Source: an uncultured Thiotrichaceae bacterium (GTDB lineage: Bacteria > Pseudomonadota > Gammaproteobacteria > SZUA-229). Taken from it: a DNA stretch of 64,000 nt. The notes beneath the pieces were generated by a model, which was not told where the DNA came from, did no database searches, and worked only from the letters and a program-made list of their open reading frames with translations. Shown in pieces: positions 1 to 9,420 of this stretch. The stretch covers positions 62,835 through 126,834 of the forward strand of contig CAZHEA010000001.1 in NCBI GenBank assembly GCA_964531165.1, in the 5' to 3' direction. Made by a program: the position numbers and the translations under genes. The number at the start of each line of letters is the position of its first letter. The stretch's first letter is position 1.

Positions 1-1294
1 TCTCCGGCACGGTAGGAATAATCGCTATATCATTAACGTATCTAACTTCTTCTGCTTTAGCATCTTTAAATACATCAAATACAATCAATGACTGGCCGGT
101 TAATATATTACTTTTTAACTGCGCTCGCACACCCTGGCTCACCATATGCTCAAAAAAACGATACACCAGTTTTGTTCTCTCACGTGTACTCAGGTTGGAA
201 CTTAAATCATCTGTCGGTAGTCTTTCCGGCTCAATATCTATCATTGCAAATGTTGCAATCTCATTTTTAACTTTATCTGTTTCTACACCTACTTTTTCAA
301 CTGTACCGATACGAATGCCTTTATATTCAACCGGCGCACCTAATGAAAGTCCGCTCACCCCGTTATCAAAATACAACTTCATCGGCGCGCCAAAAGTTAA
401 TACCTCTTCTATATCAGGCTCTTCAGAACTATGCAGAATAAATATATTATTTTGTTTCGCGGGGACAACATTTTGTGGCGCATATTCATTAGTAAAAGCA
501 ATTCCGCCAACGACCAGTGAACTAACCGATTCCATATCAAACTCAAAGCCCTTTGAATCCAGCTCTATACTGACACCGGATATATTCCAGAAACGGCTGT
601 AGTTTGTTATATATTTATCATGCGGAGATTCAATAAAAATTTCAATTTGAACATCACTATGATCCTCCATTAATTTATATTTAGTCACACTGCCAACGGT
701 AATGCCGCGATACTTTATTGACGAGCCACGACTGATAGAACCCAGGTTTTTGGATTTTAAAATAAATGTCGTGCCGGGATTTCCTAGCTGATAAATTTGA
801 GGCTCTTCCATGCCCTTAAATGCTTTCTGCGGCGCGCCGCCTTCACCGGGATCAATTTCGATAAATGCACCGCTTAATAAAGTATCCAGACCACTGACGC
901 CTTCCACGCCAATGCGGGGGCGCACCACCCAGAAACGGGTAGTATCCGTAAGCCGCTCTAGTGATACACCGGTTAAGTCCATTATGACCACCACTTCAGA
1001 TAAATCTTCGGTAAATTTTACTTCTGTTACTTCACCGACTTTTACATTACGTAACTTAACCGGGGTTTTACCCGCCTCTAATCCTGAAGCGCTCTCAAAT
1101 GACACTTCAACAAAAACGTTTTCTTCAACTGCACTTTTAAAAACTAACCAGCCACCAATTAATGCCGCAATTATCGGGATGACCCAAACTGGAGAAAAAC
1201 CGGTATCTTTTGCGCTGGATCTGGCTCTGGGAACTGATTTTGAAATCGCATCGGGAATATCCGCGGATTTTTTTTTCGAGGTATCTTCTGTCAT
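1..1294 (-). CDS. pqiB: PqiB-like multi-MCE-domain protein, 5' part only (gene runs off the left edge)
   Basis: Not in the ORF track because no stop lies in the window. Hand translation of the minus strand from ATG at 1294 gives MTEDTSKKKSADIPD...GFSPVWVIPIIAALIGGWLVF (N-terminal TM). Three MCE-like repeats follow (VKLRNVKVGEVTEV, IKYRGITVGSVTKY, VEYKGIRIGTVEKV). It lies directly downstream of the pqiA-like genes. The plus-strand ORFs 195-602 and 810-1535 are antisense artefacts. Confidence 0.75.
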   Translation of the reverse strand, partial: MTEDTSKKKSADIPDAISKSVPRARSSAKDTGFSPVWVIPIIAALIGGWLVFKSAVEENVFVEVSFESASGLEAGKTPVKLRNVKVGEVTEVKFTEDLSEVVVIMDLTGVSLERLTDTTRFWVVRPRIGVEGVSGLDTLLSGAFIEIDPGEGGAPQKAFKGMEEPQIYQLGNPGTTFILKSKNLGSISRGSSIKYRGITVGSVTKYKLMEDHSDVQIEIFIESPHDKYITNYSRFWNISGVSIELDSKGFEFDMESVSSLVVGGIAFTNEYAPQNVVPAKQNNIFILHSSEEPDIEEVLTFGAPMKLYFDNGVSGLSLGAPVEYKGIRIGTVEKVGVETDKVKNEIATFAMIDIEPERLPTDDLSSNLSTRERTKLVYRFFEHMVSQGVRAQLKSNILTGQSLIVFDVFKDAKAEEVRYVNDIAIIPTVPE

Positions 1295-1300
1295 TCTATT

Positions 1301-1945
1301 TTATCCGTTTGGTTTATCCGTTTGGTCCCATATAAGCTTCGGGTCAAATGCCATGGCTGAAAACATTGTTAAAATCACCATCGATGCAAATGCCATGCCT
1401 GCCGGCCCGGGTTCAATAGAACTCAGTTCTCCCATCTGTATTAATGCCGCCAGTAACGCCACCACAAATACATCCACCATTGACCAGCGGCCCATTATTT
1501 CCGCAATTAAATATAGGCGGGTTTTCTGTTTTTGACGATAATTATTTCCACGCTGTACACTAATAAGCAAATAGGCAATCGCGATAATTTTCAATAACGG
1601 TAATAATACACTGGCTGAAAAAATCACCAGAGCAAGCGGCCAGTCACCGTGCGCTAAAAAATAAAGAATACCACTTAATATCGTATCTGAACTCTGCTGA
1701 CCTAATGTGCCGGTTATCATAATGGCTTCGGTATTCGCTGGAATATACATAATAAATGCACTGATAAGAAACGCCCACGCGCGATTGATACTGTCGTGTT
1801 TGCGATAATGCACATTGCTATGACAGCGCGGGCATAATGCATCCGGCATATCATCCAGCTGCACCACCTGATCACATACATGACAACTTGCCAGCCCCAC
1901 ATCTCTGGCCTGAATAATATTATCCTGAGCAATATTACGTCTCAC
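1301..1945 (-). CDS. pqiA: PqiA-family integral membrane protein (second of two half-size genes)
   Basis: CxxC...CxxC pair (CHVCDQ...CPRCH) followed by several TM helices. 4-nt overlap with the upstream half-gene, and pqiB follows. Confidence 0.7.
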   Translation of the reverse strand: MRRNIAQDNIIQARDVGLASCHVCDQVVQLDDMPDALCPRCHSNVHYRKHDSINRAWAFLISAFIMYIPANTEAIMITGTLGQQSSDTILSGILYFLAHGDWPLALVIFSASVLLPLLKIIAIAYLLISVQRGNNYRQKQKTRLYLIAEIMGRWSMVDVFVVALLAALIQMGELSSIEPGPAGMAFASMVILTMFSAMAFDPKLIWDQTDKPNG

Positions 1946-2571
1946 TGCCCATCGCCATCATGAATATCATCAAGACGATCCCACAATATATGCATCTCAA
2001 TCGATGAAACCGCCGCTGCATAGCTTAGCACCAATGCCACAAACGCACTAAATCCCAGCCCTAATACCACCTCCGCTAATGATATCAGTTTAACCAGTGC
2101 CACCAGTATGGCCAGTAAAAACACATCCATCATTCCCCAGGGCAATAGCCGGCTGACCCAGACTAATAGTATGCGGGTAAAGGGCCAGCGCCGTTTAAGG
2201 TGAATTGAAAACAGAATATACAATAATGAAAACACACAGAATGCCGGTAAAATCACACTGGTAAACCACACGACTAAAGCCAGCTCTGGGTTGCCTAAAT
2301 CATAAAAAATAAGCGCCGACTCGGTGAGGGTAGTGTGACGTTCAATACCGGCAATACTTAGCCACATGACAGGATAAATATTTGCAACCACCAGCAATAT
2401 CGCACAGGCAAATAATAACGCCAGCGGTTTTTCAATCGCCGAACGCGGATTTTTAAATAATCGCTCACCACAGCAAGCACACAAGGCAACATTTCCCAGT
2501 GGTATTCGTGCAACATTTTGCAGCGCGTCACATTCGTGACAGGCCATTAGTCGATGATTTTTTTCAGTCAC
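1942..2571 (-). CDS. pqiA: PqiA-family integral membrane protein (first of two half-size genes)
   Basis: CHECD...CACCGE zinc-ribbon-like motif plus TM helices. Same architecture as the downstream paralog. Confidence 0.7.
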   Translation of the reverse strand: MTEKNHRLMACHECDALQNVARIPLGNVALCACCGERLFKNPRSAIEKPLALLFACAILLVVANIYPVMWLSIAGIERHTTLTESALIFYDLGNPELALVVWFTSVILPAFCVFSLLYILFSIHLKRRWPFTRILLVWVSRLLPWGMMDVFLLAILVALVKLISLAEVVLGLGFSAFVALVLSYAAAVSSIEMHILWDRLDDIHDGDGQ

Positions 2572-2751
2572 TGTCTTAACCGGGTTAAATCTAATTAATA
2601 TATTATTCTTAAAATCATTATTTATATTATGATTATATAGATTAATACGCTTTGTTTCTGTATTTCATCCATTGATTTTGCATAAAGTTTCAATCCGGGA
2701 TGTTTATTTGCCATAATAGACACACACTAAAAACCGAAGATCACACCCAGT

Positions 2752-3216
2752 ATGTTTCATATCGCTTTATACGAACCGCGCATTGCCCCCAATACCGGTA
2801 ATATCATTAGACTCATTGCTAATAACGGCTGTCACCTGCATCTGATCGAACCGCTGGGATTTGATCTGCAAGAAAAAAAACTACGACGCGCCGGGCTCGA
2901 TTACACCGACCTTAACCATGTCACCCTCCACCCAAACTATTCCAGTTTTTTAAACGCGATGTCTGAACGACGCATTCTTGCCTGCACCACAAAAGGTAGC
3001 CGCCCCCATGATCAGATGCATTATCAGCAAGGTGATGTGTTACTGTTCGGCTCAGAGACTGCAGGATTACCGGCGACGGTTATGAATAGTATTGCCAGTG
3101 AACACCGGCTTCGAATTCCGATGCAGCCGAATAGTCGCAGTCTCAACCTGTCTAATGCGGTTGCAATTGTCAGCTATGAAGCCTGGAGACAACTTGACTT
3201 TAAAGGCGGGGTCTAA
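2752..3216 (+). CDS. trmL: tRNA (cytidine/uridine-2'-O)-methyltransferase TrmL (SpoU/TrmH family)
   Basis: 154 aa. [21 protein letters not shown]...LDY...[18 protein letters not shown] closely tracks E. coli YibK/TrmL from end to end. Confidence 0.9.
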   Translation: MFHIALYEPRIAPNTGNIIRLIANNGCHLHLIEPLGFDLQEKKLRRAGLDYTDLNHVTLHPNYSSFLNAMSERRILACTTKGSRPHDQMHYQQGDVLLFGSETAGLPATVMNSIASEHRLRIPMQPNSRSLNLSNAVAIVSYEAWRQLDFKGGV

Positions 3217-3445
3217 CGATTAATATATTTCACGCATATCAATAAACCCTCCCTTACACATCTATCAATACACAAAACATTACCTTCCATCCAAAAAAAT
3301 CTTTTCCCGCAAAATACTTCTAGACAATTAACAAAAGTCGCCTCCATAATATTTTATACAAAAATAATAGTGGTTTAACTTAAAACCCGATACAACATAA
3401 GCCAGATTTTTCTAAAACGTTTGACAAGGAAGTCTTAACAACCCC

Positions 3446-5155
3446 ATGAATTTTTTGCGATTCATTAAACCGGTTTTAGTCAGCTTTTATCTGCTGCTGA
3501 TTATATCAGTCACATCATGCGGCCCGACACGGCCACCTGAATTCTCTGCAGGGCATATCAATTCAGTGACCATAGAGGATAAAAACATTCCTGCTACGGT
3601 TATACAAACAACATTATTACCTCCGCCATCGAATCTTTCACAATTGCAAACCTATACGGTTATTGTTAACCATGTTGCCACCAGAGAACTACTATTTTCC
3701 ATAGCACGCGATGCAAAAATTAATCTCGACATACATGATGACATAACCGGCACCATCACCCTCAATGCCATTGACCAGACATTACCGCAGATACTGGAAC
3801 GCATATCACAACAAACTGATATTCGGTACAACATAAAAAATCAAACATTAAGAGTACAAGCCGATAAACCTTATCTTGAAACCTATATTGTTGATTATGT
3901 AAATATTTCACGGGAATCAAAAGGTATTATCCGTGTCGCGACTAATATCGGTTCAACCGGTCAGGGCAGTATCGGCAACTCTAATACTAACGGCGGCTCT
4001 GCTAACAATAACGAAAACAACAGCTCACTAACCGAAGTACACTTAACTTCTGATAATAAATTTTGGGAAACGTTAACGCAAAACATTAAAGAAATGCTGG
4101 GCAGGTCAAACAATAGCAATGATAAGTCTAATGCTCAAACTTCCAATAAGAAAGCCATTAGCCATAAAGTTATTGTTAACCGTGAAGCCGGACTAATTAT
4201 GGTCCGTGCCACCTACAAACAGCATAGGCAGGTTCAAAAATTTATTGATCAGGTGCTGAACATTTCCAAACGCCAGGTAATGATAGAAGCCACCATTGCT
4301 GAAATAAAACTCAGCGATCATTATCAGGCGGGTGTTGACTGGTCTGTTGTTGCAAAAGATCCGAAAGCCGGCGTTAATATTCTGACGGATATGACCGCCA
4401 GTAATTTATCCCAGTCACCTTTTTCATCTTTTACCTTAAATGGTCAGGTCAGTGGCAACCAGGTCAGCATGACATTAAAAGCGCTTGAACAGTTCGGTGA
4501 TGTACAGGTGTTATCCAGCCCTAAAATCATGGCGATTAATAATCAGCCGGCTATTTTAAAAGTTGTCGATAATATCGTGTATTTTGAAATGGATGTTAAA
4601 ACATCATTATCACAGGTGACGTCATTGACTACATTTGAAACCCAAATTAAAACCGTACCCGTCGGTTTTGTAATGTCTGTAACTCCCTATATAAACGCAC
4701 ATAAAACAGTCACCCTGAATATTCGACCCACCATTTCCCGGGTTATCGATTCAGTTCAGGATCCGAATCCTGCCTTTAAAGATGCGGATGTTATTTCTGA
4801 AGTTCCGGTTATTCAGATAAGAGAGATTGAATCGATACTCACCATTAACAATGGCGATACGGCGGTAATTGGCGGATTGATGCAGGACACTGTTAATGAT
4901 CGGAGTCAGGGAATTCCGCTGTTATCATCCATACCCATTATCGGCAGTCTATTTCGATATGATAATGACATACGTGAGAAATCAGAACTTATTATTTTTA
5001 TTCGCCCCATTGTCATTCAACATGCCAGCTTAACTGGAGACTTAATTGAATATAAAAAATATTTACCGAAGACGCCTAAATCTGCAACCAAAAATAGCTT
5101 AAAAATACATTATCAGAATATTCCTGATTCTTCAGCACAAACACATAAACCTTAA
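3446..5155 (+). CDS. mshL: MshL-type secretin lipoprotein of a type IV filament system
   Basis: Lipobox (ISVTSC) and a C-terminal secretin core (VQVLSSPKIMAINNQPA..., VPVIQIREIES..., GIPLLSSIPIIGSLF). Asn/Ser-rich low-complexity insert in the N-domain region. Confidence 0.85.
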   Translation: MNFLRFIKPVLVSFYLLLIISVTSCGPTRPPEFSAGHINSVTIEDKNIPATVIQTTLLPPPSNLSQLQTYTVIVNHVATRELLFSIARDAKINLDIHDDITGTITLNAIDQTLPQILERISQQTDIRYNIKNQTLRVQADKPYLETYIVDYVNISRESKGIIRVATNIGSTGQGSIGNSNTNGGSANNNENNSSLTEVHLTSDNKFWETLTQNIKEMLGRSNNSNDKSNAQTSNKKAISHKVIVNREAGLIMVRATYKQHRQVQKFIDQVLNISKRQVMIEATIAEIKLSDHYQAGVDWSVVAKDPKAGVNILTDMTASNLSQSPFSSFTLNGQVSGNQVSMTLKALEQFGDVQVLSSPKIMAINNQPAILKVVDNIVYFEMDVKTSLSQVTSLTTFETQIKTVPVGFVMSVTPYINAHKTVTLNIRPTISRVIDSVQDPNPAFKDADVISEVPVIQIREIESILTINNGDTAVIGGLMQDTVNDRSQGIPLLSSIPIIGSLFRYDNDIREKSELIIFIRPIVIQHASLTGDLIEYKKYLPKTPKSATKNSLKIHYQNIPDSSAQTHKP

Positions 5156-5172
5156 CCGGTGGTACTACTCTA

Positions 5173-6492
5173 ATGAGCCTGCTACTTGATACCTTAAAAT
5201 TATCAGATGCTAGCATTGATTCAGCTAGCGCTAAACCCGCCACTATTGCACCACAAAAAAAATATGACTCCGGAGCTGATCTCAATTTAGATTTACAGCC
5301 TGTAGATACCGATGCTATTAGTCTAACTCAGACTGGCTTACTAAACAAAAAATCTACATTTGATGCAGATACAATATCAAATTCTTCAATTAATTCTAAT
5401 ACTGATGATTTATCTGGAAATGCTGAAAATACAACAAATTTAAATTCACTTATATCCCGGGTTAATTCACATAGGCATAGACAAAAACGAATTGCTCGAT
5501 TGGCTATCAGTTTTATTTTACTATTCATATTGTCAACCACTGCGGCATACCTTTTTATTGAATCGACATTGAGCCGACAAACATTATTTATTTTTCCTGT
5601 TGAAAATATTCCGAATTCTGTACTACATGATTCTCAAGTTACTACCGATAATTTTAATTTAGCCAAAATAATTATACCCTTATCCAGTCAGGCACTAACA
5701 GCTGACCATTCAGATAGCTTACCGACTGAAGCGCCATTAATGGGCACTACAAACAAAACCGACCCGATTGATAAATCAATTAAAAACATAATGACCAAAA
5801 ATCAACCTCCAGCCATACCACTGACAAAAGGTCTCACCAAAAAGTCACCAGCAGAGGCCTTTATTTCGAGCCCAAAAAAACCTGATATTCATATTACTTA
5901 TAAAACCATATCAGACCCTGTACATTTATTACTAAGTCGTGCATACACCTTTTTTCAAGCGGGCAAATATTTTCGTTCACAAAAATTATATCAACAGGTT
6001 ATATCCTCAGAGCCTAAAAATAGAAATGCACTTCTCGGCATTGCTGCTATTGCAATAAAAAACCAGAACTTTGAGCTGGCTCAGCAGAAATATATATTTT
6101 TACTGCAACTTAACCCTAAAGATAGTTTAGCCATTTCCGGACTTAACAGCATTCAAAACAACAATCATTCGCAGTCCACTGAATCACAACTAAAATTTAT
6201 GCTCAAACATCAACCTGATGCAGCGCATCTGCATTTTTCTCTGGGATCACTGTATGCATATAGACATAAATGGCAAGCGGCACAATCTGCCTTCTTTAAT
6301 GCTTGGTCTTTTGATAATACCAATGCAGATTATTGCTACAATCTGGCGGTTAGTCTCGATCATTTAAAACAGCATCGACAAGCCGTCAAATTCTACCGAC
6401 TCAGCCTGACACTCACTCAAAGCATCGCCGCAAACTTTTCATTCTCTGATACTCAACAACGTATTATGACTTTGCAGGAACGACTGAAATGA
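5173..6492 (+). CDS. Bitopic TPR-repeat protein, MshN-like
   Basis: Low-complexity N-terminus, one TM (IARLAISFILLFILSTTAAYLFI) and C-terminal TPR-like repeats (AYTFFQAGKYFRSQKLYQQVI..., NALLGIAAIAIKNQNFELAQQKY...). Sits between the secretin and the ATPase, as mshN does. Confidence 0.5.
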   Translation: MSLLLDTLKLSDASIDSASAKPATIAPQKKYDSGADLNLDLQPVDTDAISLTQTGLLNKKSTFDADTISNSSINSNTDDLSGNAENTTNLNSLISRVNSHRHRQKRIARLAISFILLFILSTTAAYLFIESTLSRQTLFIFPVENIPNSVLHDSQVTTDNFNLAKIIIPLSSQALTADHSDSLPTEAPLMGTTNKTDPIDKSIKNIMTKNQPPAIPLTKGLTKKSPAEAFISSPKKPDIHITYKTISDPVHLLLSRAYTFFQAGKYFRSQKLYQQVISSEPKNRNALLGIAAIAIKNQNFELAQQKYIFLLQLNPKDSLAISGLNSIQNNNHSQSTESQLKFMLKHQPDAAHLHFSLGSLYAYRHKWQAAQSAFFNAWSFDNTNADYCYNLAVSLDHLKQHRQAVKFYRLSLTLTQSIAANFSFSDTQQRIMTLQERLK

Positions 6493-8204
6493 CATTGCAA
6501 ACTCAAAAATTACGCCTTGGTGAACAACTGATTCAGCGGGGTCTTATCAGCAAAGACCAATTACACATCGCCTTAAAAGAACAGTTAAAGCACTCACGGC
6601 CGCTGGGACAGTCACTGGTCTCCCTGAATTTTATCAGCGAGACTAAATTACATGATGCACTAGGCAATATACTCGGTAAAGAAAGTATCGACCTGACAAA
6701 GGTTGTACCGCAGATGGAAGCACTTGCACTTATTCCCAAATCACTTTCTATCCAATTCAATATTATTCCTGTCAGCCTTAATGACACTGAAAATCGTCTT
6801 AGTATTGCCATCGCTGATATTTATAATTTACGCGTACTCGACCAGCTGCACACGCATACCGGCAAACACATCAAATTACTGCCTTTACTTTGCGGAGCAA
6901 GTGAAATCAGCCATGCTATTGATCAGTTCTATGGGGTTGAGCTATCGATTGATGGCATCTTATATGAAATGGAAAATGGCAAAATCGAAATCAGTGATCA
7001 TGATTACAGCCATTTGAATGCACAACAGCAAACCTACCGTCAGCCTCTGGTTCGTCTTGTAGATGCCATTTTATCTGATGCAGTAAAGCGTGGTGCATCT
7101 GACATTCACCTCGAACCTGAAAGTGCTTTCCTACGAATACGTTTTCGAATTGATGGTGTTCTGCAACAGGTTCGCTGTCTTCACATTGACTACTGGCTGG
7201 CCATCGTGGTTCGCCTGAAGGTTATGTCCAATATGAATATTGCAGAGACACGAGCACCACAGGACGGTCGAATTAATTTAAATATTCGCGGCCATCAGAT
7301 CGATTTTAGAATGTCCTCACAGCCGACCACACATGGTGAAAATATCGTACTACGCGTACTTGACCGTAATAAAGGTATCGTAGCCGTTGATAAGCTCGGC
7401 CTGGAGGATGATGCTCTTTCAATGCTCAAACTAATGATGGCCAGACCCTCAGGACTCATCCTGATCAGCGGTCCGACAGGCAGCGGAAAAACCACAACAC
7501 TCTATTCCATGCTCGACTTTTTACGCTCTGTCAAAGTCAATATTATGACCCTCGAAGACCCGGTAGAGTACCCAATGGAGATGATTCGTCAAACTTCAAT
7601 TAATGAAGTCATCCGCATGGACTTTGCCAATGGCATTCGTTCACTCATGCGCCAGGATCCGGATATTATTCTTATCGGTGAAATACGCGATAAAGACACT
7701 GCTGAAATGGCCATACGCGCTGCAATGACAGGGCACCAGGTATACTCAACCGTACACACCAATTCCGCTATAGGCACACTTCCACGTCTTGCGGATCTGG
7801 GAATTAAACCTGAAATTATTGCCGGTAATATTATTGGTGTTATCAGCCAGCGCCTGATTCGCAAACTCTGCCGGCATTGTAAAACAGCTCATAATGCACT
7901 TACTTCAGAAAAAATACTACTCGGTATCAACTCATCCGAATCAATTCAAATATTTAATGCTCGAGGTTGTGATCAATGTGAATATACCGGTTATAAAGGC
8001 CGGTTTGCGATTTTAGAAATTTTAAAAATTACGGCTGAACTTGATGAAATGATTGCTCAGCATGCCACTATCGGCAAGTTTAAAAAACATCTGCAAGATA
8101 ATAATTTTAAAACCCTTAACGATGATGCTATTCGCAACGTCAGAAATGGCATCACCAGTATCGACGAAATCAGTCGCGTCATTGATCTAACAGAGCAACT
8201 GTAA
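6489..8204 (+). CDS. mshE: GspE/PilB-family secretion ATPase with N-terminal MshEN c-di-GMP-binding domain (MshE-like)
   Basis: Walker A GPTGSGKTTT, Walker B DPDIILIGEIRD, His box GHQVYSTVHTNSA and tetracysteine CRHC...CDQC. The N-terminus carries RLGEQLIQRGLISKDQLHIALKEQ. Confidence 0.9.
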   Translation: MTLQTQKLRLGEQLIQRGLISKDQLHIALKEQLKHSRPLGQSLVSLNFISETKLHDALGNILGKESIDLTKVVPQMEALALIPKSLSIQFNIIPVSLNDTENRLSIAIADIYNLRVLDQLHTHTGKHIKLLPLLCGASEISHAIDQFYGVELSIDGILYEMENGKIEISDHDYSHLNAQQQTYRQPLVRLVDAILSDAVKRGASDIHLEPESAFLRIRFRIDGVLQQVRCLHIDYWLAIVVRLKVMSNMNIAETRAPQDGRINLNIRGHQIDFRMSSQPTTHGENIVLRVLDRNKGIVAVDKLGLEDDALSMLKLMMARPSGLILISGPTGSGKTTTLYSMLDFLRSVKVNIMTLEDPVEYPMEMIRQTSINEVIRMDFANGIRSLMRQDPDIILIGEIRDKDTAEMAIRAAMTGHQVYSTVHTNSAIGTLPRLADLGIKPEIIAGNIIGVISQRLIRKLCRHCKTAHNALTSEKILLGINSSESIQIFNARGCDQCEYTGYKGRFAILEILKITAELDEMIAQHATIGKFKKHLQDNNFKTLNDDAIRNVRNGITSIDEISRVIDLTEQL

Positions 8205-8207
8205 ATC

Positions 8208-9416
8208 ATGAGCACTTATTATAAATACAAAGCCATTGATGCCAGCGGAAAAATTCGCCATAACTGTATACATGCTGACAATATTGCCGATCTTGAAAAT
8301 CGGCTTAATAACATGGGTTTGGATCTGATTAATGCCAAACTAAAATTGCAACAACCATTCAGCTTCGCCCATAAGGGCATTAACCGCCGCGATTTAATTA
8401 ATTTTACATTTCAAATACAGCAACTTACTAAAGCCGGTGTCAGTATTTTAGACGGCCTTAGTGATTTAAAAAATGACATGCCAACGATGCGAATGCGAGA
8501 AGTTATTTATGGCGTTATTGATGAAATACAAAGTGGCAAAACATTTTCACAGGCACTGGCAATATACCCGCATGTATTTAACCGGGTTTATACCTCACTG
8601 ATTAAAGTAGGCGAAGAAACCGGTCGTCTTGCACAGGTTCTACAGGACATCGCCGACACCCTTAAATGGCAAGATGAGCTGGCGTCTCACACCCGAAAAA
8701 TCATGATCTACCCGGCGTTTGTTATTATTGTTATTAGCCTGCTTATTTGCTATTTAATGATTTTTCTGGTCCCTCAACTCATTCCTTTTATTAAAGATCT
8801 AGGGGGTGTTATTCCCATACATACTCGCGCACTGCTACAAACCTCCTGGTTTTTAGAGAACTACTGGCCGTATTTTCTTACTACGCCGGTAATCATATAT
8901 GTCCTACTAAAATACGTAGCCAGCAAAAACCCATCGTTTCGACTCTATATTGACTGCCTGAAATTGAAAGTTATTATTTTTGGCCCCATTATCCTTAAAA
9001 TAAAACTAGCCCGCTTCTCTAATTATTTTGCCATGATGTACGCATCCGGTCTAAGCGTATTGGATAGTTTAAAAATATCTGAATTAATAATGGGCAATAC
9101 GGCGCTTACACAGTCAATTATTGATATTCGCAAGCATATATCTGACGGCGGAAATATAGCAGATAGTTTTGCCATAACTGAGCTCTATCCGCCGCTGGTC
9201 ATTCGCATGTTAAAAGTCGGTGAAAAAACCGGCGCATTAGATGAATCACTATTAAATATCAGTTACTTTTATAACCGCGAAGTCAAAGAAAGCATCGACA
9301 AAATGGAAGCCACTATCACTCCCGTACTAACCATTATTATGGGTAGTATTATGATATGGATTATGTCCGCTGTTCTTGGCCCTATTTACGACTCGTTAAG
9401 CCTTCTACAGTATTAA
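8208..9416 (+). CDS. mshG: GspF/PilC-family inner-membrane platform protein (MshG-like)
   Basis: 402 aa with two T2SSF-like repeats and three TM segments. Immediately follows the ATPase. Confidence 0.85.
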   Translation: MSTYYKYKAIDASGKIRHNCIHADNIADLENRLNNMGLDLINAKLKLQQPFSFAHKGINRRDLINFTFQIQQLTKAGVSILDGLSDLKNDMPTMRMREVIYGVIDEIQSGKTFSQALAIYPHVFNRVYTSLIKVGEETGRLAQVLQDIADTLKWQDELASHTRKIMIYPAFVIIVISLLICYLMIFLVPQLIPFIKDLGGVIPIHTRALLQTSWFLENYWPYFLTTPVIIYVLLKYVASKNPSFRLYIDCLKLKVIIFGPIILKIKLARFSNYFAMMYASGLSVLDSLKISELIMGNTALTQSIIDIRKHISDGGNIADSFAITELYPPLVIRMLKVGEKTGALDESLLNISYFYNREVKESIDKMEATITPVLTIIMGSIMIWIMSAVLGPIYDSLSLLQY

Positions 9417-9420
9417 TATT

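Noticed and set aside
195-1535. Plus-strand ORFs 195-602 and 810-1535 from the ORF track
   Set aside because: Their translations are low-complexity Ser/Thr/Pro/Ile strings. The opposite strand gives a continuous, motif-bearing PqiB-like MCE protein, so these are antisense shadow ORFs.
2576-2588. 13-bp palindrome TTAACCGGGTTAA, 5 nt upstream of the pqiA start
   Set aside because: A single short palindrome in AT-rich intergenic DNA, with no second copy or partner motif seen. It is compatible with chance.
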